Shown one piece after another: positions 1 to 10,471 of a stretch of DNA of 64,000 nt. Where the stretch lies: the NCBI GenBank assembly GCA_964442705.1, contig CAYUAQ010000003.1:102-64101 (forward strand), in the 5' to 3' direction. The notes under the pieces were generated by a model, which saw only the letters and a program-made list of their open reading frames with translations, did no database searches and was not told where the DNA came from. Source of the stretch: an uncultured Desulfobacteraceae bacterium. GTDB taxonomy: Bacteria; Desulfobacterota; Desulfobacteria; Desulfobacterales; JALSRD01. Position numbers and translations under genes: made by a program. The number at the start of each line of letters is the position of its first letter. Position 1 is the first letter of the stretch.

Positions 1-1
1 C

Positions 2-1336
2 ATCATCGACGAGGTGCACATGCTGAGCATCGCGGCCTTCAACGCCTTGCTCAAAACGCTGGAGGAGCCACCGGACCACGTGATGTTCATGTTCGCTACC
101 ACCGAGGCCCACAAGATCCCGGTGACCATCCTGTCGCGCTGCCAACGTTACGATTTCCGGCGTATTGCGCTGGGGTCCGTGGTGGCGCACCTCAAAAAGC
201 TGTGTGCGCTGGAGAACTTCAGCTCCGATGAGCAGGGGCTTTGGCGCATTGCCCAGGAAGCCGGCGGGAGCATGCGTGATGCCCTCAGCCTCCTCGACCA
301 GGTGATGGCCTGTTCTGACGGCAGGGCCGCCCATGACGAAGTCATGGAAATCCTGGGGGTTATCGATCGCCGGGTGCTTTTCGATATTTCGGCGGCGGTT
401 TTTTGCAATGATCTGCCGTCCGTGCTGGCCGCCATCGACGACGTTTACGACCGGGGGCATGAAATGGACCGGTTTTTTGCCGACCTGGTCGAACATTTCC
501 GCAACCTGATGGTGGTGAAGATGGCCGCCGATGCCGCCAAGCTGGTGGACCTGCCTGCCAGCGAAATCGAGCAGATGGAAAACCAGGTGGCGGAGGTGCC
601 GGTTGAGGCGTTGAAGCGCGTATTCGACCTGCTGCTGAGGGAGGCGGCGGCCGTAAAGCTTTCCATGCAGCCCAGGCTGTCCCTTGAAATGGCTTTCATT
701 CGCGTTTTAAAGCAGCCGCCAGCCTTGCCTATCGACGTGCTCATCGAAAAGCTTGACCGGCTGCAGCAGCAGTTCCGGCAGCAGGCGGCGGTTTCAGAGC
801 CGGTGAGCGCCCCTTCCGTGGAGACATGCCGGCGGTACGGGGACGAGGACGGCGGTGCGCCGGCAACCGCTGCCGAAGTGCGCGAGGCACCCAACGTGCC
901 GTCCGCCTCGCCAGAAGCGGTCCCCAAACCCGCCGACCGTGCACCCCTCGACCAGGAAAAGGTCTGGGAGCAGATCACGGCACTGGTTTCACGGGAATCC
1001 CCAGCCCTGGTTGCCTGCCTGGAAAAATGCCGTTTGAACCGGCTGACGGATGACTGCATGGAAATCAGGGTGGCCGGCAACGGGTTCCATTTGAATATGG
1101 TAAAGCGCGAAAAACATGTGAACCTGATACGGGAGGTCTGCCGGCAGGTTATGGGCAAAGCGCTCAGGATCGACGTCGCCGGCGATGATGTCGCCCCGGA
1201 GCCTCGCAGTCAGGGGGTCATGGATAGCCACCGGCTGAAACAGGAGGCCGTCAATCACCCGCGGGTAATGGAGGCTCTGGAAATTTTCAAGGGCCGCATT
1301 GTGGATGTAAAGATTCTACAGGAGGAAACCGGATGA
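2..1336 (+). CDS. dnaX: DNA polymerase III subunit gamma/tau, C-terminal part (5' end outside window)
   Basis: Frame open from nt 2 (IIDEVHMLS...). Clamp-loader motifs LLKTLEEPP and SRCQRYDF. Canonical dnaX-ybaB-recR order follows. Confidence 0.9.
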   Translation: MIDEVHMLSIAAFNALLKTLEEPPDHVMFMFATTEAHKIPVTILSRCQRYDFRRIALGSVVAHLKKLCALENFSSDEQGLWRIAQEAGGSMRDALSLLDQVMACSDGRAAHDEVMEILGVIDRRVLFDISAAVFCNDLPSVLAAIDDVYDRGHEMDRFFADLVEHFRNLMVVKMAADAAKLVDLPASEIEQMENQVAEVPVEALKRVFDLLLREAAAVKLSMQPRLSLEMAFIRVLKQPPALPIDVLIEKLDRLQQQFRQQAAVSEPVSAPSVETCRRYGDEDGGAPATAAEVREAPNVPSASPEAVPKPADRAPLDQEKVWEQITALVSRESPALVACLEKCRLNRLTDDCMEIRVAGNGFHLNMVKREKHVNLIREVCRQVMGKALRIDVAGDDVAPEPRSQGVMDSHRLKQEAVNHPRVMEALEIFKGRIVDVKILQEETG

Positions 1337-1644
1337 AAGGTATGGGAAATATGCTCAAGCAGGCCCAGAAACTGCAGGCCAAAATGCTGCGCATGCAGGA
1401 CGAACTGGCTGAAAAGACCGTTGAGAGTTCCGCCGGCGGCGGTATGGTGAAAGTGGTGGCCGACGGGCGCCAACGCATCCGCTCCATCCGTATCGAAAAA
1501 GAAGTGGTCGACCCCGATGATGTGGACATGCTGCAGGACCTGGTCATGGCGGCCGTCAACGATGCGCTGAACAAGGCCCAGGAAATGGTGTCGGCGGAGA
1601 TGACCAAGCTCACCGGCGGCATGAATATTCCGGGGCTGGGGTAG
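1333..1644 (+). CDS. ybaB: YbaB/EbfC family nucleoid-associated protein
   Basis: 103 aa. ATGA start/stop overlap with dnaX. Conserved position between dnaX and recR. Typical GGGMVKV...I.I core. Confidence 0.9.
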   Translation: MKGMGNMLKQAQKLQAKMLRMQDELAEKTVESSAGGGMVKVVADGRQRIRSIRIEKEVVDPDDVDMLQDLVMAAVNDALNKAQEMVSAEMTKLTGGMNIPGLG

Positions 1645-1671
1645 AAAAACACATCCACCGACAGGATCATC

Positions 1672-2280
1672 ATGAGCATGCAGCAATACTATCCCGCCCC
1701 CATTGTGGGGCTTATCAAGCATCTGGCCAAGCTGCCGTCCATCGGTGAAAAGAGTGCCGAGCGGCTGGCCCTCCACCTGTTGCGGACCCCGCGGGAAGAG
1801 GCCCTGCGGCTGGCAGAGGCCATCGTCGAACTCAAGGAGCGGGTGCGGCTGTGCGCGATGTGTTTCGGGCTCAGCGATGCCGAGACTTGCCGCATTTGCG
1901 CCGATCCGTCCAGGGACACCGGCGTGCTGTGTGTGGTGGAACAGCCCGGAGACATGGTCTCAATTGAAAAATCAGGGGCTTTCAAGGGCCGTTACCACAT
2001 TTTGCAAGGCGTCCTGTCCCCCATGGACGGCATCGGGCCCGACGGCATCCGCATCCGGGAACTGATCGACCGGATTCAGGCCGGCGGCACCAGTGAAGTG
2101 ATCCTGGCCACCGGCACCAGCGTGGAAGGGGAGGCCACGGCGGATTACATCGCCCGACAGCTGGCGGGTCTTCCCGTGCGGGTCACCCGCATCGCCTCTG
2201 GCGTCCCCATGGGGGGGGATCTGAAGTATGTGGATCAGGTGACGCTCAAGAAGGCTCTGGAGAGCCGGCATGCCCTCTGA
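1672..2280 (+). CDS. recR: Recombination protein RecR
   Basis: 202 aa. N-terminal HhH (LPSIGEKSAERLA), C4 zinc finger (CAMC-x9-CRIC), Toprim-like C-terminal region. Confidence 0.95.
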   Translation: MSMQQYYPAPIVGLIKHLAKLPSIGEKSAERLALHLLRTPREEALRLAEAIVELKERVRLCAMCFGLSDAETCRICADPSRDTGVLCVVEQPGDMVSIEKSGAFKGRYHILQGVLSPMDGIGPDGIRIRELIDRIQAGGTSEVILATGTSVEGEATADYIARQLAGLPVRVTRIASGVPMGGDLKYVDQVTLKKALESRHAL

Positions 2281-2668
2281 TGCGTGCCGCCGGGAGATAT
2301 TCATCTGCCGCATGTGCGGAGACTGCTGCCGCGGGTACGGCGGCACTTTTATCAGCCCGGCCGACATCCGCGCTATCGCCGCCTATGTGGGAGTGGAGGC
2401 GGGGCGGTTCGTGGAAAACTACTGCCAGTTTTCGGGCCGGCGGCCGGTGCTGGCCCAGGCGGATAACGGGTACTGCATCTTCTGGGACGGAAAATGCAGC
2501 ATCCACCCCGTAAAGCCGCGCATGTGCCGGCAGTGGCCCTACCTCAAGAGCGTCCTGGTGGACGTGGGCAACTGGCACGCCATGGCGGACTCGTGTCCGG
2601 GCATGCGCACCGATGTGGACGAGACCGTGATCCGGGACTGCGTGGCGCGCAGGCTTGAAGAGGGCTGA
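2270..2668 (+). CDS. YkgJ-family Cys-cluster (zinc/iron-chelating) protein
   Basis: 132 aa with CRMCGDCC...C...C pattern typical of the YkgJ/UPF0153 family. 11-nt overlap with the recR stop. Confidence 0.7.
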   Translation: MPSDACRREIFICRMCGDCCRGYGGTFISPADIRAIAAYVGVEAGRFVENYCQFSGRRPVLAQADNGYCIFWDGKCSIHPVKPRMCRQWPYLKSVLVDVGNWHAMADSCPGMRTDVDETVIRDCVARRLEEG

Positions 2669-2760
2669 AAAGCGGCCGTCACGTTTTATTTCCCATCCAC
2701 CAGACCCACAAAACCAACGAAATTATGAAATGGCGAATTGGGTTGCGGGCAGCGCCCGTG

Positions 2761-3051
2761 TTAGCGGATTCCCGGCGCTTTCCACTCCCGGGAAGGTACC
2801 AGGCGGTACCACGGCCCCTCCTGGTCGCGGTCGCTGCCGGTGATACGACGGATGATGTTGCGGCCCTCTAAGTCAGCGAGGCAGACGTCCAAACTGGCTT
2901 CGTCGCTGTTCCATATGCCCGACAGATTCTTGCGGGAGATGATGCTGCCCGCGTCCGACAGCCCGCAGCACAGCAGGTAGCACGAGACGGATTCGGTGGA
3001 GAGGCCTTCCTTGAATATGCGCTGATCCATTTTGGAATGATGGGTGTTCAT
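2761..3051 (-). CDS. Hypothetical small protein (96 aa)
   Basis: Strong RBS (GGGAGG, 6 nt before the ATG at 3051). GC3-rich frame. No recognisable family. Confidence 0.5.
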   Translation of the reverse strand: MNTHHSKMDQRIFKEGLSTESVSCYLLCCGLSDAGSIISRKNLSGIWNSDEASLDVCLADLEGRNIIRRITGSDRDQEGPWYRLVPSREWKAPGIR

Positions 3052-3253
3052 GTTTGCCTCCCTTGCGGCGATGCCTTCATTTAAAAGCTGTCAGGTATCA
3101 GCTCGCAGCAATCAGGGAAAGGGTTGTGCCCGAATGAAGCTCGTGGGGTGCTTTGCTTTTTTGGTTGGCAAGACCGGCTCCATTTTTCATCTGACAACGG
3201 ATACCTGACACCTGACAGCCGTCACACCATGGCCCCGGAGGTTTTTCCACACC

Positions 3254-4060
3254 ATGATCGGCATCCTCGATTCAGGACTGAGCGCCCTGCGCCTGGCCGC
3301 CGCCATCCGTCGGCAGCTGCCGGCGCACGACCTGCTGCTGTATGTCGACACGGCGCGTGGTCCCTGGGGCCTGCGCAGTTCCGGCGCCATCCGCGAAGCC
3401 GCCATGGCGGCTTCGCATTTCCTGGTCGGGCAGGGCGCCCGCCTGTTGTTGTGCGCCAGTCACGGTGCCGCCGCCGAGGCCGCCGAAGCGGTGCAACGGC
3501 ATGCCAGCGTGCCGCTGCTTGATGTGATCACCCCTGCGGCCGAGGCCGCCGTGGCGCGATCGCGCGGCCGCAGGATCGGTGTCTTGGGCAGCCCCGCGCT
3601 GGTGTTGTCACGAGGGTACGAAGACGCGATTAACCGCAGCGATCCGAATACCCGCGTCTTTTCCTCGGCTGCCCCCCTGATTCTGCCGCTGACAGAGCAC
3701 GGCTGGCTCAAGAAACCCGAAACCCGCATGATCCTCAAGAAGTACCTGCACTCCCTAAAGTTGCGGCAGGTGGACACCCTCATCTGCGCCGGCGGCCATT
3801 TTGCTTTGCTGGAGGCCGTCATCCAGCGTAAAATGGGTCGTCGCGTGGCCATCGTCGACCCTTTGGCGGTTCTGGCCCGCCGGCTGGTGCAGTACCTGAC
3901 GGCGCATCCAGAGCTGGACCTGCATTTGGTCAAAAACCGCCATCTGAGATGCGCCGTATCGGATGTCGGTCCCGGCAGTGCAGAGCTGGCCGCCCGCTAT
4001 TTCGGCGGCCCCGTTACGTTGCGGCGGGCACCGTCCATTGGTTACAGCCGGGCCGTGTAG
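3254..4060 (+). CDS. murI: Glutamate racemase-like protein (divergent Asp/Glu racemase family)
   Basis: 268 aa. N-terminal IGILDSG, then PWG. Both catalytic-Cys positions are present but in altered contexts (LCASHGA instead of ACNTAS, ICAGGHF instead of GCTHYP). Confidence 0.65.
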   Translation: MIGILDSGLSALRLAAAIRRQLPAHDLLLYVDTARGPWGLRSSGAIREAAMAASHFLVGQGARLLLCASHGAAAEAAEAVQRHASVPLLDVITPAAEAAVARSRGRRIGVLGSPALVLSRGYEDAINRSDPNTRVFSSAAPLILPLTEHGWLKKPETRMILKKYLHSLKLRQVDTLICAGGHFALLEAVIQRKMGRRVAIVDPLAVLARRLVQYLTAHPELDLHLVKNRHLRCAVSDVGPGSAELAARYFGGPVTLRRAPSIGYSRAV

Positions 4061-4869
4061 TTGGGCCCCACGACGAGCAGATTATTGGTGATGGTGGCCT
4101 GGATGCGCTCCATTTTGCTCCCGAAAACCAGGTCGCGGATCACCCCGTGACCGTAGGCCCCCATGACCACCAGAGCGTTGTGGGGCACCTCGTAGAGGTT
4201 GCTCTCCAGTTTGCCGCTTTCGAAACGGTCCCACCGTTTGACGTACTGCCTGACTTCCGCCTCGAGGTTGTTTTCACGAATGATGTCGTCGTAGCGATCG
4301 GCGCCGCCACCCTCCACCTGGGTGAAAAGCGTCAATTCGCACCCGGACTGTCGACAGAGCTGGATGCCCAGCCTGAGGGCCTTGACGGCATTGTTGGAAC
4401 CGCCGAACAGCACCGTGATGCCGTTCCAGGGTTTGTAGGCCGGACTGGTGATCAGCACCGGAAAGTGTGCCGACTTGACGATGCGCCGCACCCGCGGGCC
4501 GATGTAGCCCAGCCCGATCTTGTGGGAGAGGTCGCTGATGCTGCGCGGGCAGCACATGTAATCGTAATGGGTGGGAATGTCGGGCAGGGTCGAGGCCGTG
4601 AAATGTTTGGGTTCGAAAAATACGGGCTTCAACCCGGCGGCCCCCACGATTTCCTCGGCATGCCGGCGGGCGCTGGGCGGATCGGTCAGATAGGATTCGT
4701 CCAGGTCCACCTGCACCACGTCGTTTTCAAAATACATGAGAAACTTGGTCGACTGCGGGATGTAGATTACCGGGTAGGCGCCCACCTGCCTGCAGAAATG
4801 CACGGACTGCATCAGCGTTTCTCTTCCCAGGGGCGTGTTGCGAAAGATGTGAAAGAGTTCCTTGTCCAT
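4042..4869 (-). CDS. Universal stress protein family protein (tandem Usp-like)
   Basis: 275 aa. C-terminal half ends VVMGAYGHG...GS...V, typical of the UspA ATP-binding fold. Confidence 0.65.
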   Translation of the reverse strand: MDKELFHIFRNTPLGRETLMQSVHFCRQVGAYPVIYIPQSTKFLMYFENDVVQVDLDESYLTDPPSARRHAEEIVGAAGLKPVFFEPKHFTASTLPDIPTHYDYMCCPRSISDLSHKIGLGYIGPRVRRIVKSAHFPVLITSPAYKPWNGITVLFGGSNNAVKALRLGIQLCRQSGCELTLFTQVEGGGADRYDDIIRENNLEAEVRQYVKRWDRFESGKLESNLYEVPHNALVVMGAYGHGVIRDLVFGSKMERIQATITNNLLVVGPNYTARL

Positions 4870-4888
4870 TTTTCCTTTCTCCCTCCTC

Positions 4889-6610
4889 TCAACTGGTCTG
4901 CACCGCCAGTTCCCGGCGGTAGCGATCCAGCAGGGTCGCCTTGGATATCATGCCTCTGAAGCGGTTGTTGCTGACCACCGGCATGCTGAACAGCCGCTGT
5001 TCATCCATTCTGCGGAGCACTTCGGCCAGGTCGTCGTCGGGGTGTATGGTTTCGATGTCGGTGTTCATGATCTCTTCTATGACGACCGCGTCGTACATGG
5101 CGGGGTTGAACAGGTAAGGGCGTACGTCGTCCAGGTAGACCATCCCCAGAAACTCTCCGGTTTCCGGGTCCTCCACTGGAAAGTAATTGCGGTGCGAGAT
5201 CTTGACGATGTCCACGAATTCTCCCAGACGCATGGTGGGCGACACCGCGATGCAGTCCTTTTCCAGCAGCTCGGGCACGCTCAGGTCGGTCAGCACGCGG
5301 GCGTCTGTGCCGGGCCGCAGCAGGTGCCCGTGGTCGATAAGCTCCTTGAGATAAAAGGAGGCCGGCTCGAAGTAGTGGCACACCGTGGTCGAGATGACCG
5401 AAATGATGATCAGCGGCAGGATGACTTCCCAGCCCCCGGTGATCTCGACGATCAGAAAGATACCCGTCAGGGGGGCCTGCAGCATGCCGCTGATCAGCCC
5501 GGCCATGCCCAGCAGGGCAAAACAGCCCTCACTGGCAATATTAGCCCCTGGCCACATGACGGTCAGCGCCCGCTGGAAAGTCAGGCCCAGTATGCTGCCG
5601 ATGGCCAGGCAAGGGGCGAATATGCCGCCCGACCCGCCCCATCCCAGCGTGAAAGAGGTGGCCAGAATCTTGGCCGTCAGCAGGATGAAAACCAGCATCA
5701 ACCCCGGCTGGTACATGCCGTGGATCATGAGCCTGGTGGTGTGGTAGCCCTCGCCCAGCACGTCCGGCATCGCCAGGCCCATGGCGCCCACCAGGCAGCC
5801 GCCCAGGGCGGCGCGCAGCCAGGTGGGGCCGCGCGTTTTGCTGCACAGGCCGTTCATGCCTCTCAGCAGACGGGTCAGCAGGATGGACGCGCCGGCGGCC
5901 AGAATACCCAGGCCGACGCTGCCCCCGATGTCGATGAAGTTGATGCTGAACACCTGGTGGGTGAAGGCGATGCGGTTGCCCATCAGGATGCGGCTGATCT
6001 CGGTGCCCGAAACCGCCGCGATGGCGATGGGGATGATGTTGAGGGTCGTCCACTCGCCGAGGATGACTTCCACGGCAAAGACCATGCCGGCGATGGGGGC
6101 GTTGAAAATGGAGGAAATGGCCCCGGCGGCGCCGCAGCCTACCAGGGTGACCCGCTGACGTTCGTTCAACCCGAACTTGCGCGCAATGGTGGAGCCGATG
6201 GCGGCCCCGCTGATGACCACCGGGGCTTCGGGGCCGGCCGAACCGCCGCTGCCGATGGTCAGGCAGCTGGAGATCAGGCGGGTGAAACTGGAGCGGAAAC
6301 GCAACAGGCCGCCATAGCGTGACACCGCGTAGATGACTTCCGGTACGCCGTGGCCGGCGCCCTCGCGGACGATTTTTTCCAAAAATATGGACGATGCCGC
6401 CGCGCCTGCAGCCGGCAACAGAAAGGCCCACCAATAGTGCCGCAGGGGGTGCAGCCATTCCACCATGGCGTCGATGGAAGTGTTGAGGGCCACCGACGCC
6501 ATGCCGCTGAAATTGCCGACGATGACGGCGATGAGGATCAGCAGTAGCCGGTCGTCAAGGCGGAAGAAGCGCCATCTGGCCACCGAAAGCCATGGTTTGA
6601 TGCGATCCAT
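4889..6610 (-). CDS. ClC-family voltage-gated chloride channel/antiporter with C-terminal CBS pair
   Basis: 573 aa, many TM helices. Selectivity motifs GSGGSAGPEAP, GEGYH and GGIFAPCL. C-terminal CBS-pair-like region. Confidence 0.9.
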   Translation of the reverse strand: MDRIKPWLSVARWRFFRLDDRLLLILIAVIVGNFSGMASVALNTSIDAMVEWLHPLRHYWWAFLLPAAGAAASSIFLEKIVREGAGHGVPEVIYAVSRYGGLLRFRSSFTRLISSCLTIGSGGSAGPEAPVVISGAAIGSTIARKFGLNERQRVTLVGCGAAGAISSIFNAPIAGMVFAVEVILGEWTTLNIIPIAIAAVSGTEISRILMGNRIAFTHQVFSINFIDIGGSVGLGILAAGASILLTRLLRGMNGLCSKTRGPTWLRAALGGCLVGAMGLAMPDVLGEGYHTTRLMIHGMYQPGLMLVFILLTAKILATSFTLGWGGSGGIFAPCLAIGSILGLTFQRALTVMWPGANIASEGCFALLGMAGLISGMLQAPLTGIFLIVEITGGWEVILPLIIISVISTTVCHYFEPASFYLKELIDHGHLLRPGTDARVLTDLSVPELLEKDCIAVSPTMRLGEFVDIVKISHRNYFPVEDPETGEFLGMVYLDDVRPYLFNPAMYDAVVIEEIMNTDIETIHPDDDLAEVLRRMDEQRLFSMPVVSNNRFRGMISKATLLDRYRRELAVQTS

Positions 6611-6626
6611 GCCAGCTTGTTATCCG

Positions 6627-7313
6627 TCAGTACCCGGCTGATACCAGCTGCTTTTCCAGCCGGGCGATGTGTTCAAAGAAATCGGTCGGGGCCGGTGTTG
6701 TCTTCAAAAAGGCCACGAAAGCGTCGTCCCGGACGCAGTAGGTCAGACGGGACAGCAGGTGCAGATGCGTCTTGACCGAGGGGCTCAGCAGGACGAACAT
6801 GACAAAAACCGGCAGATGGTCTACAGCCTTGAAATCAACGGGGTTTTTCAGGAAACAGGTGGTGATGACGGAGCGGGTGGTGGTATTGCGGGCCGGGTTG
6901 CGCGGGTGCGGAATGGCCACGCCTTTGCCGATGCCCGTGGAGGCCAGTTCTTCGCGCGCCAGCAGACGCTCGTAAAGTTCCTGGCGCTCGGCAGGTTCCA
7001 TGTCCGGAATGCTGTCGGCGGCAGCCCGCAGCGCCGAGGGGACATCGGCGGCCTCTATATCGTAGACAACGCCCCCACGCCGCATGACGGTCTGCAGGTC
7101 TTCGAGCGCGGGCGCCTGCGGGGTCGTATTGTCACCGCTGGGGGGAAAAAAGGAGAGGTTGCGCTGTTTGGCCCAGCGTTCTAGGGCCGCCTGGCTGAAA
7201 CTGTACTCTTCTCCGACACGCCGCACCGGCAGACGCCCCTGGCGAATCCAGCGATGTACCGTGCTTTCGGGGACCCCCAAGCATTTTGCGATTTCGGAAA
7301 TGGTAAGCTGCAT
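6627..7313 (-). CDS. HTH (MerR/excisionase-type) domain fused to PTS EIIA(Ntr/fructose)-type domain
   Basis: N-terminal LTISEIAKCLGVPESTVHRWIRQGRLP. C-terminal EIIA-2 signature GIGKGVAIPHPR. ATG at 7313 has an AAGGACGG RBS. The longer ORF to 7349 starts on TTG. Confidence 0.75.
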   Translation of the reverse strand: MQLTISEIAKCLGVPESTVHRWIRQGRLPVRRVGEEYSFSQAALERWAKQRNLSFFPPSGDNTTPQAPALEDLQTVMRRGGVVYDIEAADVPSALRAAADSIPDMEPAERQELYERLLAREELASTGIGKGVAIPHPRNPARNTTTRSVITTCFLKNPVDFKAVDHLPVFVMFVLLSPSVKTHLHLLSRLTYCVRDDAFVAFLKTTPAPTDFFEHIARLEKQLVSAGY

Positions 7314-7689
7314 GACAAACCGTCCTTGTGGCCAGAATACCGTAAACAAAAAAAACTAAACCGAATATTCCAGAAAATCAATGAATTTATGCCGGAACTT
7401 ATTGAGAAGGTACGTGCGGTTTCAGCTGCCGCATGGTGATATTCCGCCGGGGGCAGGGCTCTCGATATGCTCGCGGTCGAACGCGGCTTTTTAACTTAGC
7501 GGCCCGATTTATAAATACGATGGCATTCATCCGTCAGTGCATCCCGTCTGGCGGCGTTGCGAAACCACGACATATTCGCGATATGCCGAAGTCTTCGCGC
7601 CTTGCCAGACAGGCGCCCCGAAGGCTTCGGGGTGTCACCGTATTTGCGATTTGCCATCGGGCGTCGGCCGTCAGCCCGAGGTCTGCCCG

Positions 7690-7728
7690 AAAAAACAGGC
7701 AGCCCGGCCATTGGGCCGCGGCTGCCTG
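7690..7728 (-). terminator. Rho-independent terminator after sdhB
   Basis: Minus strand reads CAGGCAGCC(G)CGGCC-loop-GGCCGGGCTGCCTG followed by TTTTTT. It lies 48 nt after the sdhB stop. Confidence 0.65.
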
Positions 7729-7775
7729 GTGAAGATGTCGTCAGTGGGCGTATCGCTATCCGCAGCGACCCATGG

Positions 7776-8540
7776 TTACCTCTCGGCCGAGAAGAACCCC
7801 GCCTTAAAATACTCCCGGTTGAGACGGGCGATGTTGACGATGGAAATTTCCTTGGGGCACTCGGCCTCGCACTCGCGTTCATTGGAACAGTTTCCGAAGC
7901 ACAGGTCGTCCATGCGGCGGACCATGGCCAGGGCGCGCCGGGCGGCTTCCGGTCTCCCCTGGGGCAGCAGGGCCAGATGGGACACCTTGGCACTGACGAA
8001 GAGCATGGCCGAGGCATTGGGACAGGCCGCCACACACGCGCCGCAGCCGATGCAGGCGGCGGCGTCCATGGCCAGTTCCGCTTTTTCCTGGGGGACGGGA
8101 ATGGTGTTGGCATCGGGGGCGCCTCCGGCATTGACCGAGATGTAGCCGCCGGCCTGGATGATCCTGTCCAGTGCGCTGCGGTCGATGACCAGATCCCTTA
8201 CCAGTTTGAAGGCCCGGGCGCGAAAGGGCTCGATCACGAGGGTATCGCCGTTGTTGAAATGGCGCATGTGCAGCTGACACAGGGTGGTTCCCTTTTCATG
8301 GCCGTGGGGGTGGCCGTTGACCACCGCGCCGCACTGGCCGCAGATGCCCTCGCGGCAGTCGGAGTCGAAGGCGATGGGTTCTTTGCCGTCCAGTGTGAGC
8401 TGGTCATTGACCACGTCCAGCATCTCCAGAAACGACATGTCCGTGGAGATGTTGCTGGCATGCAGCGTCTCGAAGCCGCCCCTGGAGTCGGCGGTTTTCT
8501 GCCTCCATACCTTCAACGTCAGATTGATGGCTTTGCTCAC
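7776..8540 (-). CDS. sdhB: Succinate dehydrogenase/fumarate reductase iron-sulfur subunit
   Basis: 254 aa. 2Fe-2S ([10 protein letters not shown]) and ferredoxin-type clusters ([12 protein letters not shown]; CxxCxxCxxxCP). Confidence 0.9.
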   Translation of the reverse strand: MSKAINLTLKVWRQKTADSRGGFETLHASNISTDMSFLEMLDVVNDQLTLDGKEPIAFDSDCREGICGQCGAVVNGHPHGHEKGTTLCQLHMRHFNNGDTLVIEPFRARAFKLVRDLVIDRSALDRIIQAGGYISVNAGGAPDANTIPVPQEKAELAMDAAACIGCGACVAACPNASAMLFVSAKVSHLALLPQGRPEAARRALAMVRRMDDLCFGNCSNERECEAECPKEISIVNIARLNREYFKAGFFSAER

Positions 8541-10450
8541 TTGTAACTCCTTTGTGCAAGGTGAACGTTTTCAAAGACCAGGGGTTCGATATGCCGCTGC
8601 GGTTCGCTGCCGTCGCCGGTGTATTGCCAGGCCGCCACGTGGGCGAAGTTTTCGTCGTCGCGCAGGGCCTCGTGCTCTTCGGTCTGATAAGCCTCGTTGA
8701 AATGCCCCCCGCAGGATTCGCGGCGGGTGAGGGCGTCGATGATCATCAGTTCGGCGAACTCCAGGAAATCGGCCACCCGGCCGGCCCGTTCCAGACTCTG
8801 GTTGAATTCCTCGCCGTCACCGGGCACCAGTACGTTTTCCCAGAACTCGGCGCGCAGCTCCTGGATCATGCGGCGAGCTTTGTTGAGGCCCTCGTCGTTG
8901 CGTGACATGCCGCAGTAATCCCACATGATCAGGCCCAGGTGGCGGTGAATGTCGTCCACGGGGCGGTGGCCGTTGACAGTCAGCAGTCGCTGGACCTGGG
9001 CGGTCACCTTTTTTTCGGCGGCCTCGAAGGCCGGGTGATCGGTGGAAACCGCCTGCCGGGGGGTGCCCGCCAGGTACCCGCCGATGGTGTAGGGGATGAT
9101 GAAGTAGCCGTCTGCCAAGCCCTGCATGAGGGCGCTGGCGCCCAGCCGGTTGGCGCCGTGATCGGAGAAGTTGGCCTCTCCCAGCACGAACAGGCCGGGA
9201 ACCGTGCTCATCAGGTTGTAGTCCACCCACAGGCCGCCCATGGTGTAGTGGATCGCCGGGTAGATGCGCATGGGGGTTTCGTACGGGTTTTCGGCCGTGA
9301 TCTTTTCGTACATTTCAAAGAGGTTGCCGTATTTTTTCTCGATGACGTCGCGGCCGTCGCGGCGGATGGCGTCGGCAAAATCCAGGTAAACGGCCAGGCC
9401 GGTTTTTCCGACCCCCTTGCCCTGATCGCACTGCTGCTTGGCGGCCCGCGAAGCCACATCCCGGGGAACCAGGTTGCCGAAGCTGGGGTATTTGCGCTCC
9501 AGGTAGTAGTCCCGTTCGGATTCGGGGATTTCGTTGGGCGGGCGCTTGTCGCCGGGGGTTTTGGGAACCCACACCCGGCCGTCGTTTCTCAGGCTTTCGC
9601 TCATCAGGGTGAGCTTGGACTGGTGCGTGCCGTGCATGGGGATACAGGTGGGATGGATCTGGGTGAAGCAGGGGTTGGCGAAAAGGGCGCCGCGCTTGTA
9701 GGCTCTGTAGGCGGCGGTGACGTTGGAGGACATGGCGTTGGTGGACAGGAAAAAGACGTTGCCGTACCCGCCCGTGGCCAACACCACCGCATCGCCGGCG
9801 TAACGCTCCATGTTCCCATTGACCAGGTTGCGCGCCAGGATGCCGCGGGCCTGGCCGTCCACCACGATCAGGTCCAGCATCTCCCGGCGGGTAAACATCT
9901 CCACGTGGCCGGCGGCGATCTGCCGGCTGAGGGCGCTGTAGGCCCCCAGCAACAGCTGCTGGCCCGTCTGTCCGCGGGCGTAGAAGGTGCGCGACACCTG
10001 GGCGCCGCCGAAGGATCGGTTGTCCAACAGTCCGCCGTATTCCCTGGCGAAAGGTACCCCCTGAGCAACGCACTGATCAATGATGTGGTTGCTGACCTGG
10101 GCCAGCCGGTAGACGTTGGCTTCGCGGGCTCTGAAGTCCCCGCCCTTGATGGTGTCGTAGAAAAGCCGCCAGATGCTGTCGCCGTCGTTGGGGTAGTTCT
10201 TGGCGGCGTTGATGCCCCCCTGGGCGGCGATGCTGTGCGCCCGCCGCGGGCTGTCCTGGATGCAGAAGTTCTTGACGTTGTAGCCGAGTTCGGCCAGGCT
10301 GGCCGCCGCCGCACCTCCGGCCAGACCGGTTCCCACCACCACGATGGTGAACTTGCGCTTGTTGGCAGGGCTGACCAGTTTGAGCTCGAAACGGTGTCGG
10401 TCCCATTTTTCGGCCAGTGGCCCTGAAGGGATGTGGGCGTCAAGCTGCAT
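8537..10450 (-). CDS. sdhA: Succinate dehydrogenase/fumarate reductase flavoprotein subunit
   Basis: 637 aa. FAD-binding [13 protein letters not shown], the covalent-FAD His region ([15 protein letters not shown]), and HYTMGG. Confidence 0.95.
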   Translation of the reverse strand: MQLDAHIPSGPLAEKWDRHRFELKLVSPANKRKFTIVVVGTGLAGGAAAASLAELGYNVKNFCIQDSPRRAHSIAAQGGINAAKNYPNDGDSIWRLFYDTIKGGDFRAREANVYRLAQVSNHIIDQCVAQGVPFAREYGGLLDNRSFGGAQVSRTFYARGQTGQQLLLGAYSALSRQIAAGHVEMFTRREMLDLIVVDGQARGILARNLVNGNMERYAGDAVVLATGGYGNVFFLSTNAMSSNVTAAYRAYKRGALFANPCFTQIHPTCIPMHGTHQSKLTLMSESLRNDGRVWVPKTPGDKRPPNEIPESERDYYLERKYPSFGNLVPRDVASRAAKQQCDQGKGVGKTGLAVYLDFADAIRRDGRDVIEKKYGNLFEMYEKITAENPYETPMRIYPAIHYTMGGLWVDYNLMSTVPGLFVLGEANFSDHGANRLGASALMQGLADGYFIIPYTIGGYLAGTPRQAVSTDHPAFEAAEKKVTAQVQRLLTVNGHRPVDDIHRHLGLIMWDYCGMSRNDEGLNKARRMIQELRAEFWENVLVPGDGEEFNQSLERAGRVADFLEFAELMIIDALTRRESCGGHFNEAYQTEEHEALRDDENFAHVAAWQYTGDGSEPQRHIEPLVFENVHLAQRSYK

Positions 10451-10471
10451 GGTGTCTTCCTTTCTTGCCTC

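Noticed and set aside
2211-2218. G8 homopolymers in recR, and likewise in the CYTH gene (25603-25610) and fliF (about 63817-63824), as phase-variation tracts
   Set aside because: They sit in core genes and encode Gly-Gly or Pro-Pro. Their frequency shows that 8-mers of G/C are background in this genome, which also tempers the C8 finding in the giant ORF.
8939-10426. 495-aa ORF antisense to sdhA. Similar long shadow ORFs: 4862..6322 (antisense ClC), 3949..4959 (antisense usp), 20010..21437 (antisense cpoB/ruvC), 62858..63991 (antisense fliF).
   Set aside because: In every case the opposite strand encodes a protein with clear family signatures. The shadow translations are Gly/Ala/Arg/Pro-rich with no recognisable domains or RBS.
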